A DNA stretch of 64,000 nt from an uncultured Methanosarcinales archaeon (GTDB lineage Archaea > Nanobdellota > Nanobdellia > Woesearchaeales > GW2011-AR15). Both the position numbers and the translations under genes were made by a program. The stretch is from the NCBI GenBank assembly GCA_964392465.1, contig CAYMPC010000002.1:14993-78992 (forward strand). Reading direction: 5' to 3'. The notes beneath the pieces were generated by a model that saw only the letters and a list, made by a program, of their open reading frames with translations, had not been told where the DNA came from and did no database searches. Of the stretch, positions 19,601-28,700 are shown one piece after another. The number at the start of each line of letters is the position of its first letter. Position 1 is the stretch's first letter.

Positions 19601-20633
19601 ATGGAAAGACATGGGCAAGACACCAAAAAAGAGGCAAATAGAACTTGTTTCTGTGGAAGAACTGAAAGCGTCAATAGAATCAGCTAAAAAAGAAAGTGAA
19701 AAAGTAAAAACACCAGAAGTAGGAAGTGTAGGGCCATCAGAAAAGAAGGTATTAGGACTTAATGATGATGTTGCTCCTGACAAAATGCTAAAATTAGTAA
19801 ATGGCACTCTTGTCATAAAATTAAAAGCTTTATTAGATGAGATTAAAGTTTTAAAAGAAGGTGAATTCAAACAGCAGGTAAACGAAGATAAAAATGATTT
19901 TGCAGACTGGATTAGAACAGCAATAGGAAATGATAAATGGGCGGATATTGCTGATACAATTTTAACAAAAGAAGATTTTATTCTTTTCCTAGAGGCATTA
20001 GATCAAGGAAAGGAAAAAACATTTAAGGCAACAACCCCAAGGCAAAAACCCTATTCAAGTAAAAAAGAAGAGAATAAAGAAATAACAAAAACAGAAGATC
20101 AAACTACAGAGAAGAAAAAAGAAGAAAAAACAGACCAAAAAGTAGAATTAAAAGAAGAACAGAATAAAGAACAGAATAAAGAAGAACTCAAAAAGGAAGA
20201 AAAACAGGATATAAACAAAGAAGGAAGTAAAGAAGAAAGAACAGAAGAAAAAACAGAATCAAAAACAGAAGAAACAAAAGAAGAAACAACAAAGCCAAAA
20301 CCAGTTAATGAAAAGTTAAGAATTCTAATGGAAGAATTAACAAAAAAACCAGAAGACCAAAACATATTGTTTTCAATTGCAGCAGAACATCACAGACAAA
20401 ACAATCTTGCTGATGCTGAATTATATTATAAAAAAGCATTGGATAAAAATCCAGATAATCCTAAAGTTTTGTACTATTTGGCTAGTGTTTTTAATGCACA
20501 AAAAAAGTATAAGGAGGCACTAGAGCTATATAATAAAATTATACAGCTGCAACCAGATTATCCGAAAGTAAGAGAATATATTGCTTCAATAAACAAGATT
20601 TTAAGTACTAAAAAACAAGAAATACAAGTATAA
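16596..20633 (+). CDS. membrane-embedded HerA/FtsK/VirB4-superfamily ATPase with large extracellular N-domain and C-terminal TPR repeats
   Basis: TM1 near aa 25; extracellular region with PEGA/carboxypeptidase-regulatory-like segment and GPGIG repeats; TM2 near aa 610. Then IIAGSTGGGKSISAQV Walker A, MMMVYDEVHRLLP Walker B, GIGVMLVSQ. K/E-rich coiled coil, a KNDFADW domain, then TPR (AELYYKKALDKNPDNPKVLYYLASVF). Confidence 0.75.
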   Translation: MAKEKSNRALKIRKFGFKLDIDTVLLNLFIVLLLIISILSLVILRDYIGYAVGSHQAKGGTITELNVYQVYPASIWNAVYGIALQAPIYNSSWYIYATPAGMSEINPIFNCFEPGREHELYLTTLNSSEIVWENITAGTTQLLDDYVSISNSEAVSSTQTFTSTISVEIGSRVISNVPAAYMRQYGVSGSNEFPVGILQYNETIIMVAIINDDYLTGYRPDKIFNFEMFVPVPANTSTLRYNIYTDPFDVCPQGEEGERKNPGSVYGWVKENQTSALLENALIAVGTKIYITGADGFYNITDLQPGDYYIVAIKTGFNNYVGNITIPENASLEYNITMELYQEPLTGTGPGIGTGIDDPGTETKTGEGPGIGPGIGPGIGPYIEKPQELGIDHWVSLDKLHKKIRIGNFFTEHLLIFSFRKDVARVQLRITGNASQVLELGENSVTIEQNKYANVTIRGFGIEKGTYIGMLELSGDFNDTLPIEIIVSDEDKLPIEALLIQLDVLTSRPLPGNKFKFRVNLQNLLIEDSYEVRLDYYIRGVEADTANYTMYLGNDTVTLRTSQSIIKETLIPPEWAKGEYYLIVEANYFDTYSRTATIFEIFEPIHKYKVFGAVELWKILLGLSILAFLVGLLIYIRHRISAQKRFHAKIEYNLLPKKGPRSLYVGKIAETENDTYFDMDKLTVHTIIAGSTGGGKSISAQVIIEECLLKGVGVVVFDPTAQWSGMLRKCADEKMFNFYPRFHLTKKDAKAFNGNIRAIKNPRERIDLMKYWKPGEIQVFTTSTLDPKEMDIFVANTVREIFHSNLQEFRGLRMMMVYDEVHRLLPKFGGSGEGFIQIERACREFRKWGIGVMLVSQVLADFVGQIKANINTEIQMKTRDEGDLQRIETKYGKSYIQELVKAPVGSGMIQNSDWNRGKPYYITFRPILHSVVRLTDQELEQYNKYNEIVDDLSYQLEQLEQEGKDIFDLKLELKLSLDKIKSGSFNMVEIYLEGLKPRIEKIWKDMGKTPKKRQIELVSVEELKASIESAKKESEKVKTPEVGSVGPSEKKVLGLNDDVAPDKMLKLVNGTLVIKLKALLDEIKVLKEGEFKQQVNEDKNDFADWIRTAIGNDKWADIADTILTKEDFILFLEALDQGKEKTFKATTPRQKPYSSKKEENKEITKTEDQTTEKKKEEKTDQKVELKEEQNKEQNKEELKKEEKQDINKEGSKEERTEEKTESKTEETKEETTKPKPVNEKLRILMEELTKKPEDQNILFSIAAEHHRQNNLADAELYYKKALDKNPDNPKVLYYLASVFNAQKKYKEALELYNKIIQLQPDYPKVREYIASINKILSTKKQEIQV

Positions 20634-20634
20634 A

Positions 20635-21684
20635 ATGAATCAAATAACAAAACAACAAGAGAAAGAAAAGGATTTATCAAACTTATTTTCACCAATTAGT
20701 CAAAATAATTATTTTTATCTTTCAAACGGCCAGGTGATAAAAAGTATAACAGAATTACCTTCTCTTTTAGAAAACACAAATGAGACGATTTTTAATACCC
20801 ATGTTACAGCTTATAAAAATGATTTTGCAAAATGGGTTTATGATGTGTTTAAAATAGAAGACCTCTCAAAAAAACTTGGGAAAATTAAATCCAAAGATGA
20901 AACAATAAGAGTATTGAGAGCATATATTAAGCAGCAGGAAAATACAAAGCAAAGCAATATCTCATTATTAAATTCACAAAAAGAGGAAGCAGGATATATA
21001 AAAAATGCACAAGAGCAGATTTTAAAGACAGAAACAAAACCACTTATTCCTCAAAATAAAGAGACAGAAGAAAAAGAAATAACAAAAAGCCATAATGAAA
21101 CTCAAAAGAAAAACAGAATATATGTATGGAGAACATCTCAGAGTGAAGTATACGAATTAAAAAAAAATAAACCACTTCAACAGGAAATTAAACAAGAGAT
21201 AGAGAACCCTGAACAAAAAAAAGATGAAGAAAAACAATCTGAAAAAAAAGAAAAAAATCCAGAAAATAAAAAAGAAGAATATGCTATTGATAAAAAAGAG
21301 AAGTTATTGAAATTAAAAGAAGATCCAAATATCAAGATTAGCAGTGCAGATGAGTTTTTTAAAAAAAATCCTGTTTTGGTTTCCCAGATGATCGATGCAA
21401 AAAAGGACACAATGGTTTTTGAGTCTATAGATTCTATATCCATTGATGAAACTAATTCTCCTAAAGAACTTATTGAAGTATTTAAGGATACTTATGCTAA
21501 AGCCTATCAAAAAATGAGTCTTTTAAGAAAAACAGGATTTGATACGTCCTTAATTGAGATGATGCTGTTTAGAGTCTTACCTAAAATAAAATTATTTGAA
21601 GCCTCAAACGAAAGCAAAGATGCTTTAACTGTAACAAGATATTTAAATGAAGCAATCGAAGAACTTAATAATATGAACCACTAA
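20635..21684 (+). CDS. hypothetical protein with N-terminal 'KNDFAxW' domain
   Basis: YFYLSNGQVIKSITELPSLLENTNETIFNTHVTAYKNDFAKWVYDVF aligns with segments in the 16596 and 48615 proteins; K/E-rich middle. Confidence 0.6.
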   Translation: MNQITKQQEKEKDLSNLFSPISQNNYFYLSNGQVIKSITELPSLLENTNETIFNTHVTAYKNDFAKWVYDVFKIEDLSKKLGKIKSKDETIRVLRAYIKQQENTKQSNISLLNSQKEEAGYIKNAQEQILKTETKPLIPQNKETEEKEITKSHNETQKKNRIYVWRTSQSEVYELKKNKPLQQEIKQEIENPEQKKDEEKQSEKKEKNPENKKEEYAIDKKEKLLKLKEDPNIKISSADEFFKKNPVLVSQMIDAKKDTMVFESIDSISIDETNSPKELIEVFKDTYAKAYQKMSLLRKTGFDTSLIEMMLFRVLPKIKLFEASNESKDALTVTRYLNEAIEELNNMNH

Positions 21685-21706
21685 TCTAATAATTAAAGGT
21701 AAAAAA

Positions 21707-22801
21707 ATGTTCCTTTTCAAACCAAAATATGCAAGAATAGAAGATCAGCAAGAGAAGAAAGATGAATCTTCAGAGTCTTCTTCAGAAGAAAAAACAGACG
21801 CAGCACAAGTTTCTATAACTGGAGCTACTGCAGCATTATCTGCTGACATAATAAAATTAAAAGCCCAATTTGATCAGTTCTCAGAGCTCAGAAAAGTAAT
21901 CAATGAAAGATTTACACGATTAAATGAGCAGGTAGGGGAGCTTAGGGGTATGATAATGGATGGCAATAGGGCAATGCAGGATATGGAAGTTAAAACTGTT
22001 AAGGCAGTTGACCTTGTTGAAGCAGTACATCCAGATAAATTAATGGTCGAAGTAAGAAAACAAGATGCAAAAATAGAATCTCTAAAAGCAGGAATAGAAA
22101 GCAATGACTCAATTATGAAATCAATAATGGAACAATTAAAGGACATGAGACATCAGCTTTCAACATTTAGAGGCATAGATCAAGTTGTCCAGCTGAATGA
22201 AGAAGTAAAAAAAGAACTTATGAATATAAAAAAAGTAGAAGCAACAGTTGAAAGGCATTCAGATAAAATTGAAGGAATTTTTATTGAATCTCAAAAAAGA
22301 TTTCAGGAATTTGACAGTCTTAATGATAAACTTAAAGAGATACAAAGACAAATATCTAATTTAACAGAACAGACAGATCAAAACAAGGTAAAATTGGCTA
22401 CAACAGCTTCTAAAAAAGAAGTAGAAGACTTAATAAATAAATTCAATGATTTTGAAAAGCATGTTGGTAATATTATTGACTTGCTTACAAAGAGGGCAAA
22501 TGATCTTCCAAAAGAAATTGATGATAGATTTAAAAAGCTTGAGAAAAGCATGAATGATGCTTTTGACAAAAGACTAAAAAAAGCAGAATTAATGAATAAT
22601 CTGATTGATAAGATAGAAAAAGATGCCCCAAAAATTGCAAAAGAGCTTCAGTTATCAGAAAAATTAAAAGAAGTCGAGGTTAGAAAGATAGAATCCCAAT
22701 CTTCTCCTGAAATTAAGCAGTCAGTAGCAAAAGTTGAAGAAGAGAAGAGTGGCTTTTTTAAAAATCTCTTTTCTGGAAAGAAAAAAGAAGAAAAGAAATA
22801 A
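21707..22801 (+). CDS. long coiled-coil protein
   Basis: 364 aa, heptad-rich, no TM, acidic serine-rich N-terminus. Confidence 0.55.
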   Translation: MFLFKPKYARIEDQQEKKDESSESSSEEKTDAAQVSITGATAALSADIIKLKAQFDQFSELRKVINERFTRLNEQVGELRGMIMDGNRAMQDMEVKTVKAVDLVEAVHPDKLMVEVRKQDAKIESLKAGIESNDSIMKSIMEQLKDMRHQLSTFRGIDQVVQLNEEVKKELMNIKKVEATVERHSDKIEGIFIESQKRFQEFDSLNDKLKEIQRQISNLTEQTDQNKVKLATTASKKEVEDLINKFNDFEKHVGNIIDLLTKRANDLPKEIDDRFKKLEKSMNDAFDKRLKKAELMNNLIDKIEKDAPKIAKELQLSEKLKEVEVRKIESQSSPEIKQSVAKVEEEKSGFFKNLFSGKKKEEKK

Positions 22802-22855
22802 TTTATATATTCAAAATACTTTTTAATTGAAATAATAACTAATTAAAAAAGAGGT

Positions 22856-23410
22856 GTGGGTGTGAAAGCTGAAATTATCTTTATAATATTAATCTCCTTT
22901 TCAATTTCTCTTTTGAGTCTTATTCTTTTTTCTATGCTATTAAAAAAATATTTAAAAGATAAACATAAAAACTTTAGTACACATTCTTTAACAAAGCTTT
23001 TGGCCTCTCTTACTTTTTTTCTTTTTATTGATGGGTTCTACTATTCTATATTGTATATGTCTCAGTATGGGATTATTTCTTCAAAATTATTTTATGACTT
23101 ATCAAACATTTATGTTGAACTTCTTCCTAAATTAGGAATTTTTATTTCTTCTGTTATGATTGTTCATTTTTTAATGGAAAAGAGAATAGAAGAATTTAAA
23201 ACAAAAGAAGAATCTCTTGAAGAACTTCAAAAACTTAATCAAGAGCTTGAAAAAAAGGCAATTGATATGGAACAAAATCAGGACAAATTGCAAAAAAAAC
23301 TCCTTGAACTAGAGAGATTTAATGACATTGCAAAATCACGAGAAGAAAACATGTTAAATTTAATTAAGAAGATAGAATTGCTAGAAAATAAATTAAAAAC
23401 TAAAAAATAA
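22856..23410 (+). CDS. membrane protein with cytoplasmic coiled-coil tail
   Basis: GTG start preceded by GAGG; 3-4 predicted TM helices; C-terminal coiled coil. Confidence 0.5.
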   Translation: MGVKAEIIFIILISFSISLLSLILFSMLLKKYLKDKHKNFSTHSLTKLLASLTFFLFIDGFYYSILYMSQYGIISSKLFYDLSNIYVELLPKLGIFISSVMIVHFLMEKRIEEFKTKEESLEELQKLNQELEKKAIDMEQNQDKLQKKLLELERFNDIAKSREENMLNLIKKIELLENKLKTKK

Positions 23411-23411
23411 T

Positions 23412-23576
23412 TTATTCTTTTCCTTTCTCCCTGTATAATAATCTTACTGCATACTTTATTACATCTGTCCTGCTGGTAAAATCACCCTCTGATTCTTTTA
23501 CTAGCTGATCGATTTTTTTTGTTAGTCCTTCTGGTATCTTTATAGTATCATACTTTGTTCCTGTTTTTTTTCTCAT
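23412..23576 (-). CDS. ribbon-helix-helix protein (paralog of the 61952 gene)
   Basis: Below the ORF-track cutoff. Reverse translation MRKKTGTKYDTIKIPEGLTKKIDQLVKESEGDFTSRTDVIKYAVRLLYREKGKE closely matches MARKKTGNKYVTIKLPEGTVKKIDEMIKESKGDYTSRTDVIKTAVRDMYF. Confidence 0.5.
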   Translation of the reverse strand: MRKKTGTKYDTIKIPEGLTKKIDQLVKESEGDFTSRTDVIKYAVRLLYREKGKE

Positions 23577-23742
23577 ATTTTACACCCCATTAACTATAAT
23601 ATTATTATCTTATTCATAGTATATTATAAAATTCTTTATATTTTTTTCTATGGAATCAGTATAAACCTTAAATTAAGCAATATTTCTCTTAGTAAAATAT
23701 ATAAACTTATATTGTGTTTAAAAAATTAAAAAAGGGAGTGAA

Positions 23743-24792
23743 ATGTCAGATACAGAAGAAAAAAAAGAGGAATCTCAGGAAAATGAAGAGATTATTATGG
23801 ATGTTCCTCCTGACTTACCCAGCGAAAGCGATAACCTAATTAATTCTGAAATTCCAGAAGAAACACCAGAAACAACTCCAGAAGAAAACTCTAAAAAAGA
23901 AGAAGATAAAGAAGACAAGATTAATGTTTCTGTAGAAAGTAAAAATGAGGTGCAAACAGAAGTTTCAAAAGAACCGTCAATTCCTAAAAATAAAGAAACT
24001 AAAGATCAGGAAGAAACTCAAACAGAGCAAGTAGAAGAAAATAAAGATATTAAAGAAAAAAAATTACCAGCTCAAGCTAATATTTCAGAAGAAGTAGTTG
24101 AAGTTAGGGAATTGGAATTCTCAGAAATAGGGTTAAAGGAAATTGATACGCTTTTTAAAAAAGGCATACCTAATATATGCAATATTCTTTTTGTAGGGGA
24201 GATGAGCACAGGAAAAACAATATCAGCATTAAAACTTATTCTTGCGACAGCCAAAAAAGGGCAGAAAGCTATTTATCTCAGCTTGCAAGATTCAGAGGAA
24301 AAAATAATTAATATATTGAAAAGTTTGGATAAAGATATTATTAATTATCTTAACTCAGGCAATATTCAGGTTAAAAAACTAGATATTTTTAATATAATAA
24401 AAGAATGCAATATTAAAAGGGCAGAATTAGAAAAAAACGTAAATATCGATCTTAATTTAGAATCTTCTTTAAGTTTTGTTGAGGCATATAATCCTAATCT
24501 TATAGTGGTTGATTCTTTGTCTGCCTTGGAGCTGGGATTTTCTGATGATAAAATGTGTTATAGGCATTACATTGATTGTTTGTTTAAATATTTTGAGAAG
24601 ATAGGAGTGAGGGCAATATATATAAAAGAACTAGTAAAAGAAGAAGAGCTTCATAAGGAATTCTTCGAGAATATCTTGGTTGATTGTATTTTGTTTTTTA
24701 AATCAGATAAAAAAGGGAAAAAAGAAATAAAACTGATAAAAGAATATCCGGTTCCCTCTAATACTCCTAAAAAAAAGCATTTTCTCTTTTAA
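23743..24792 (+). CDS. KaiC/RadA-like RecA-superfamily ATPase with acidic disordered N-terminus
   Basis: LFVGEMSTGKT Walker A; LIVVDSLSAL Walker B-like; KaiC/ArlH-like single-domain architecture. Confidence 0.7.
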   Translation: MSDTEEKKEESQENEEIIMDVPPDLPSESDNLINSEIPEETPETTPEENSKKEEDKEDKINVSVESKNEVQTEVSKEPSIPKNKETKDQEETQTEQVEENKDIKEKKLPAQANISEEVVEVRELEFSEIGLKEIDTLFKKGIPNICNILFVGEMSTGKTISALKLILATAKKGQKAIYLSLQDSEEKIINILKSLDKDIINYLNSGNIQVKKLDIFNIIKECNIKRAELEKNVNIDLNLESSLSFVEAYNPNLIVVDSLSALELGFSDDKMCYRHYIDCLFKYFEKIGVRAIYIKELVKEEELHKEFFENILVDCILFFKSDKKGKKEIKLIKEYPVPSNTPKKKHFLF

Positions 24793-24804
24793 AGGCAAAT
24801 AACT

Positions 24805-24957
24805 CTTAAAGGAAAACTTTTCTGTTATAATTTATAATGCAGTGATTAATATAATCACTCTCATCTTCAAAAAGACCTTCATGTTCTTCAACAAGCTTCT
24901 TAATTTTTTCGACTGTCTGTTTTGGCAGCCTTACATTTACAAAACTCTCTATCATTT
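24805..24957 (-). CDS. putative ribbon-helix-helix protein
   Basis: Reverse translation MIESFVNVRLPKQTVEKIKKLVEEHEGLFEDESDYINHCIINYNRKVFL. Coordinates approximate (within 3 nt). Confidence 0.4.
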
Positions 24958-25206
24958 TTTCACCTCTTATATAACTTATTATTTTATTAATAAATTAATA
25001 TATTTTGCTTTTTATTTTTATATTTTTCTAATTTTCTCTTTTTTCATTTTCCTCTTTTCTTTTTTTATTTATAATATCTAATAAAATATATTATTATACT
25101 ATAAATAATATAATATGAAAAAAGATTTATATTCTAAATTTTTAGAAAAGTTTATATACTATTTTATATCCAAAAAGATATAATAATTAAATAAGGCAAA
25201 GACACA

Positions 25207-25797
25207 GTGACTGGAAATAAATTAGAAAAAGAGATTATAGGTATTTTTAATAGGGATATTTCTTCATTTTTAAGCATAAACCAAATATCAAAAAGATTAC
25301 ATAAGGCTTATCCCTATATAAATTCCAAGGTAAATAGCCTTATAAATGAAGGAGTTCTGACTAAATTCAATATAGGAAGAAGCTATCAATGCTCAATTAA
25401 TTTAAATAGCGAGAGAGCAGTAGCACTATTAACACTAAATGAAGTAGAAAAAAAAGAAAAATTATTTCTGAAAATAAAAAACATTAATAAGGCACTTGAA
25501 GATATAAAAAATATTAAAAATGAGTTTAAGATATATACTATTTTATTATACAATAACTCTCTTATTTTTGTTCTTGATTATCTTCATGACCAAGAAGCAA
25601 TAAAAAATTTGTTTCATTCAATTAAGCAATTTGATTTGATTTTTTTAGATAAATCTTCTTTCAAAAAATATCTTCTAGCTAATAAAAGTAAACTGCATGA
25701 ACATGCAATCCTTTACTCCTATGAAAAATATTTTGAGATAATGGGCGAAGTCAAAGATATGTCGCTTCTCAGCAATATAAATAATTACCTAAAATGA
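25207..25797 (+). CDS. winged-helix-like protein co-transcribed with the giant surface gene
   Basis: GTG start; LSINQISKRLHKAYPYINSKVNSLINEGVL wHTH-like; 4-nt overlap with 25794. Confidence 0.5.
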   Translation: MTGNKLEKEIIGIFNRDISSFLSINQISKRLHKAYPYINSKVNSLINEGVLTKFNIGRSYQCSINLNSERAVALLTLNEVEKKEKLFLKIKNINKALEDIKNIKNEFKIYTILLYNNSLIFVLDYLHDQEAIKNLFHSIKQFDLIFLDKSSFKKYLLANKSKLHEHAILYSYEKYFEIMGEVKDMSLLSNINNYLK

Positions 25798-28700
25798 ATC
25801 AAACAATCAAAAAAAGAATAACAGGAATCTTTTCGATACTTTTATTACTCATTATATTTGGAGTTTCTCTTTTCATTATTTATGCTTCAGATACAGAGTC
25901 TGCTTATATTTCTTTAAATAAAAAACAACTCTTTTTAGAAGAAATTTTAGAAGTTTCCTTAACTTTTCCAACCTTAGATAATATAACTGTCGATTTATTT
26001 ACGCCGACTTCAGTTTATAGGTATCCTTATCCTTCTTCTACTTTTAGATATAAAGTTAATGATATAGGGACATATAGAATAAACGTTTATAACAACAGAG
26101 TCCTTGTCGCTTCTGAAACTTTTTATGTTATAGAAGACCCAATTATAGATAATGATACAGGGGGATTTGATGAATTAGGGAAAGAAGATATAATCGACTT
26201 TTTTAGTTTATCTAAACCTAGTTATAACTTGGGAGAAGAAGTAATAATTATCTTTAATGAAAATCATTTTAGTAAATCTTTCAAACTTTCAATAAATTCA
26301 GAAAATCAAAACCTTAATTATATGAATGATTTAACTAACCCTACTAAATTTATTCCAAGGAAAAGAGGAGAATATGAAGTATTGGTTTATGATGAGGGAG
26401 CATTATTAGAAAATGAAACTTTTTATGTTTTGGATATAACAAAACCAAATAACCAAACTAGTCAAGAGGAACCTTTAGTATTAAATAATACAAATAATAT
26501 TTCAGCTAATAATGATAAAGAAATAAAAAATATATCAGCAGAAACCAATCAGTTAAATGAGTATACTGATTCAACTGTTTTTAATCTATTTTCTCCAGAA
26601 GGAATAAATTTTCAGATTAAAAACAGCAAAGGCTATTACTTATATACAAACCTTATATTAAACAGCGTAGAAACTGGAATTAAAAATCTTAAGCTGACAA
26701 CCCTCTCTTATCTTAATCTTTCAAAAGGAAAGTATAATGTTGAAGTATATCCTGAGCTTGCGGGAATTAAAACAATAACATTTAAAGAATTAAATTATCA
26801 AGGAGAATTTGAGCTTGGTCTTGAAGAATTGTCAGGCGTAAAAGTAGGAAAACAAGTTCCAAAAAAAGCTTATGCAATAGATCCCTCCAAACTTGAATTC
26901 AGCACAGGAAGTCTAGAAGTCGAGGCAAAAGGAGATATCTTATTCAAATGCAAAGAATGGAATTTTACAGAGCAAAAGTGCTATGGTGAATGGGAACTAA
27001 TAAGAACAATAACGCCAGGAGAGATATATGCATTAGAAATCAATAGTGCAGATCCAGCATATGCTGAAGTGGGGTTAGCATCTATAAATACAGAAAAATC
27101 ATTATATTATCCAGGAGAAACAGCAAAACTAACAATTGTTGCTCTTGATAATGAAGGGTATCTTGTTTCAAATGCATATGTTGCATTGGAAATAAAAGAT
27201 CCTTTGGGTAATTCAACATTCTTGACAACTTTAGAAGGAAATATTACTGAAATGGAAAGAGGAATCTATGAAGCATATTATAACATAAATGAGATAGAGG
27301 GAAACTATACTCTTTTTGTTTCTGTTATTGGAAATAATGTTAATAACACAATGTATTCTTATTTTTCTGTTCTTGATTATTATGAATTTGACATTTTAAG
27401 AAATACTCCAGTAACAACAGACCCATGGCAATCGCCTTTTATAACCCAAATAAATATTCTTGATTTGATAGATAACAAATCTTACTATAACTTTACAGAA
27501 ATATTGCCTTCTTCTTTTACCATAACAAATGGAAGTTATTCTGAAATTATTCAGCAAGAAAATTATACTTTGCTCAAATGGTATAACTTGAGCAATAGAT
27601 CTTATATTGAATATACTGCGCAGCCACCTCTAATTACACCTGAACTTTATACATTAAGGTCTTTTATTGAGTACAATGGAAGTGTATTTACTGAAGCGAG
27701 ACCGTGGTATCTAGCAGTTGATCCTATTATCTATTCACAAGTATGTGCAGGGCAGGATAATGCAAATGGCCAAGATACCTATTCAGCTACAGGATGTGAT
27801 GGATCCTATCCAGGCGCATGTGGAGCAGGAGGGGATTTATTATCATGTGATGATGATCAATCTGAAATACATACAGCTAGCAACAATGATAGATGGGCAG
27901 GCGTTAGAATCAATTCATATAATTCTTCTATGAATGACTGCCTAAGCATAACAAAGGTTGAGCTTTGTTATGAATGGTGGAGAACAGTTGGCTATGATGT
28001 TGCAAGAATTGCAGTTGATAGGGATGATTGGGCAAGCCCGACAACAATATCTTCTACAGTTCCAGGGACAACAGCAAATCCAGGAGTAACTTGTATTGAA
28101 ATCACTTCTTCTGAAGCTTGGACCTGCTCAAACTTTGACGGTACAGGAACAGCAGCACAGGCAGTTGCGCAACTCCAAAGGGATGGTACATCTACTTCTC
28201 CTCCGACAGCACGAACAGTATATATAGACTTATTATACTTTAATCTTACTTATCAGGGAGACAATAGCCCAAATGTAACCTTAAATACACCTGCAGCATA
28301 TTATTACAACAATACAAACAATCCTGCAAATATTACTTTTAATTGTTCTATCAAAGATGACATCAGATCACAAAATATCTCTCTTTATATTACAAATTCT
28401 GCTAATACAAGTTTTTCATATAATCAATCATGTGATATAACAACACAAAATGGAAGCTGCGTATGGTCCTTGCTTCTTTCAAATGGAGAATATAGATGGA
28501 ATTGTTTAGGTTATGATAACAGATCACAATCTGACTGGGGCGATGCAAACAGGAGTATAGTTGTGGCAGCAGCAGGTGTAGATGATTTTCCGACAGTCTC
28601 TCTTACTTCTCCTGTTGATTATTTTAATTCAACAAGCACAACAGTACAGCTAACTTGCCTTGCTGAGGACACAACAGATTTGTATAACATAAGTTTATAT

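Noticed and set aside
17873-22569. Many 60-100-aa minus-strand ORFs inside the large plus-strand genes (for example 20099-20365, 21177-21443, 21874-22146)
   Set aside because: These are serine/phenylalanine-rich antisense readings of K/E-rich coding sequence, a typical artefact.
21707-24792. Archaellum-like locus (coiled-coil proteins plus a KaiC/ArlH-like ATPase)
   Set aside because: No archaellin (class III signal peptide) genes and no ArlI/ArlJ/ArlF/ArlG homologs appear anywhere in the window.
24842-25081. 79-aa plus-strand ORF made of I/F/Y/N low-complexity sequence
   Set aside because: It lies in an AT-rich intergenic and promoter region. The minus-strand RHH reading (about 24805-24957) is more plausible.
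27718-27933. 71-aa alternative-frame ORF within the giant gene
   Set aside because: It is explained by locally higher GC in the host frame, so it is not an independent gene.
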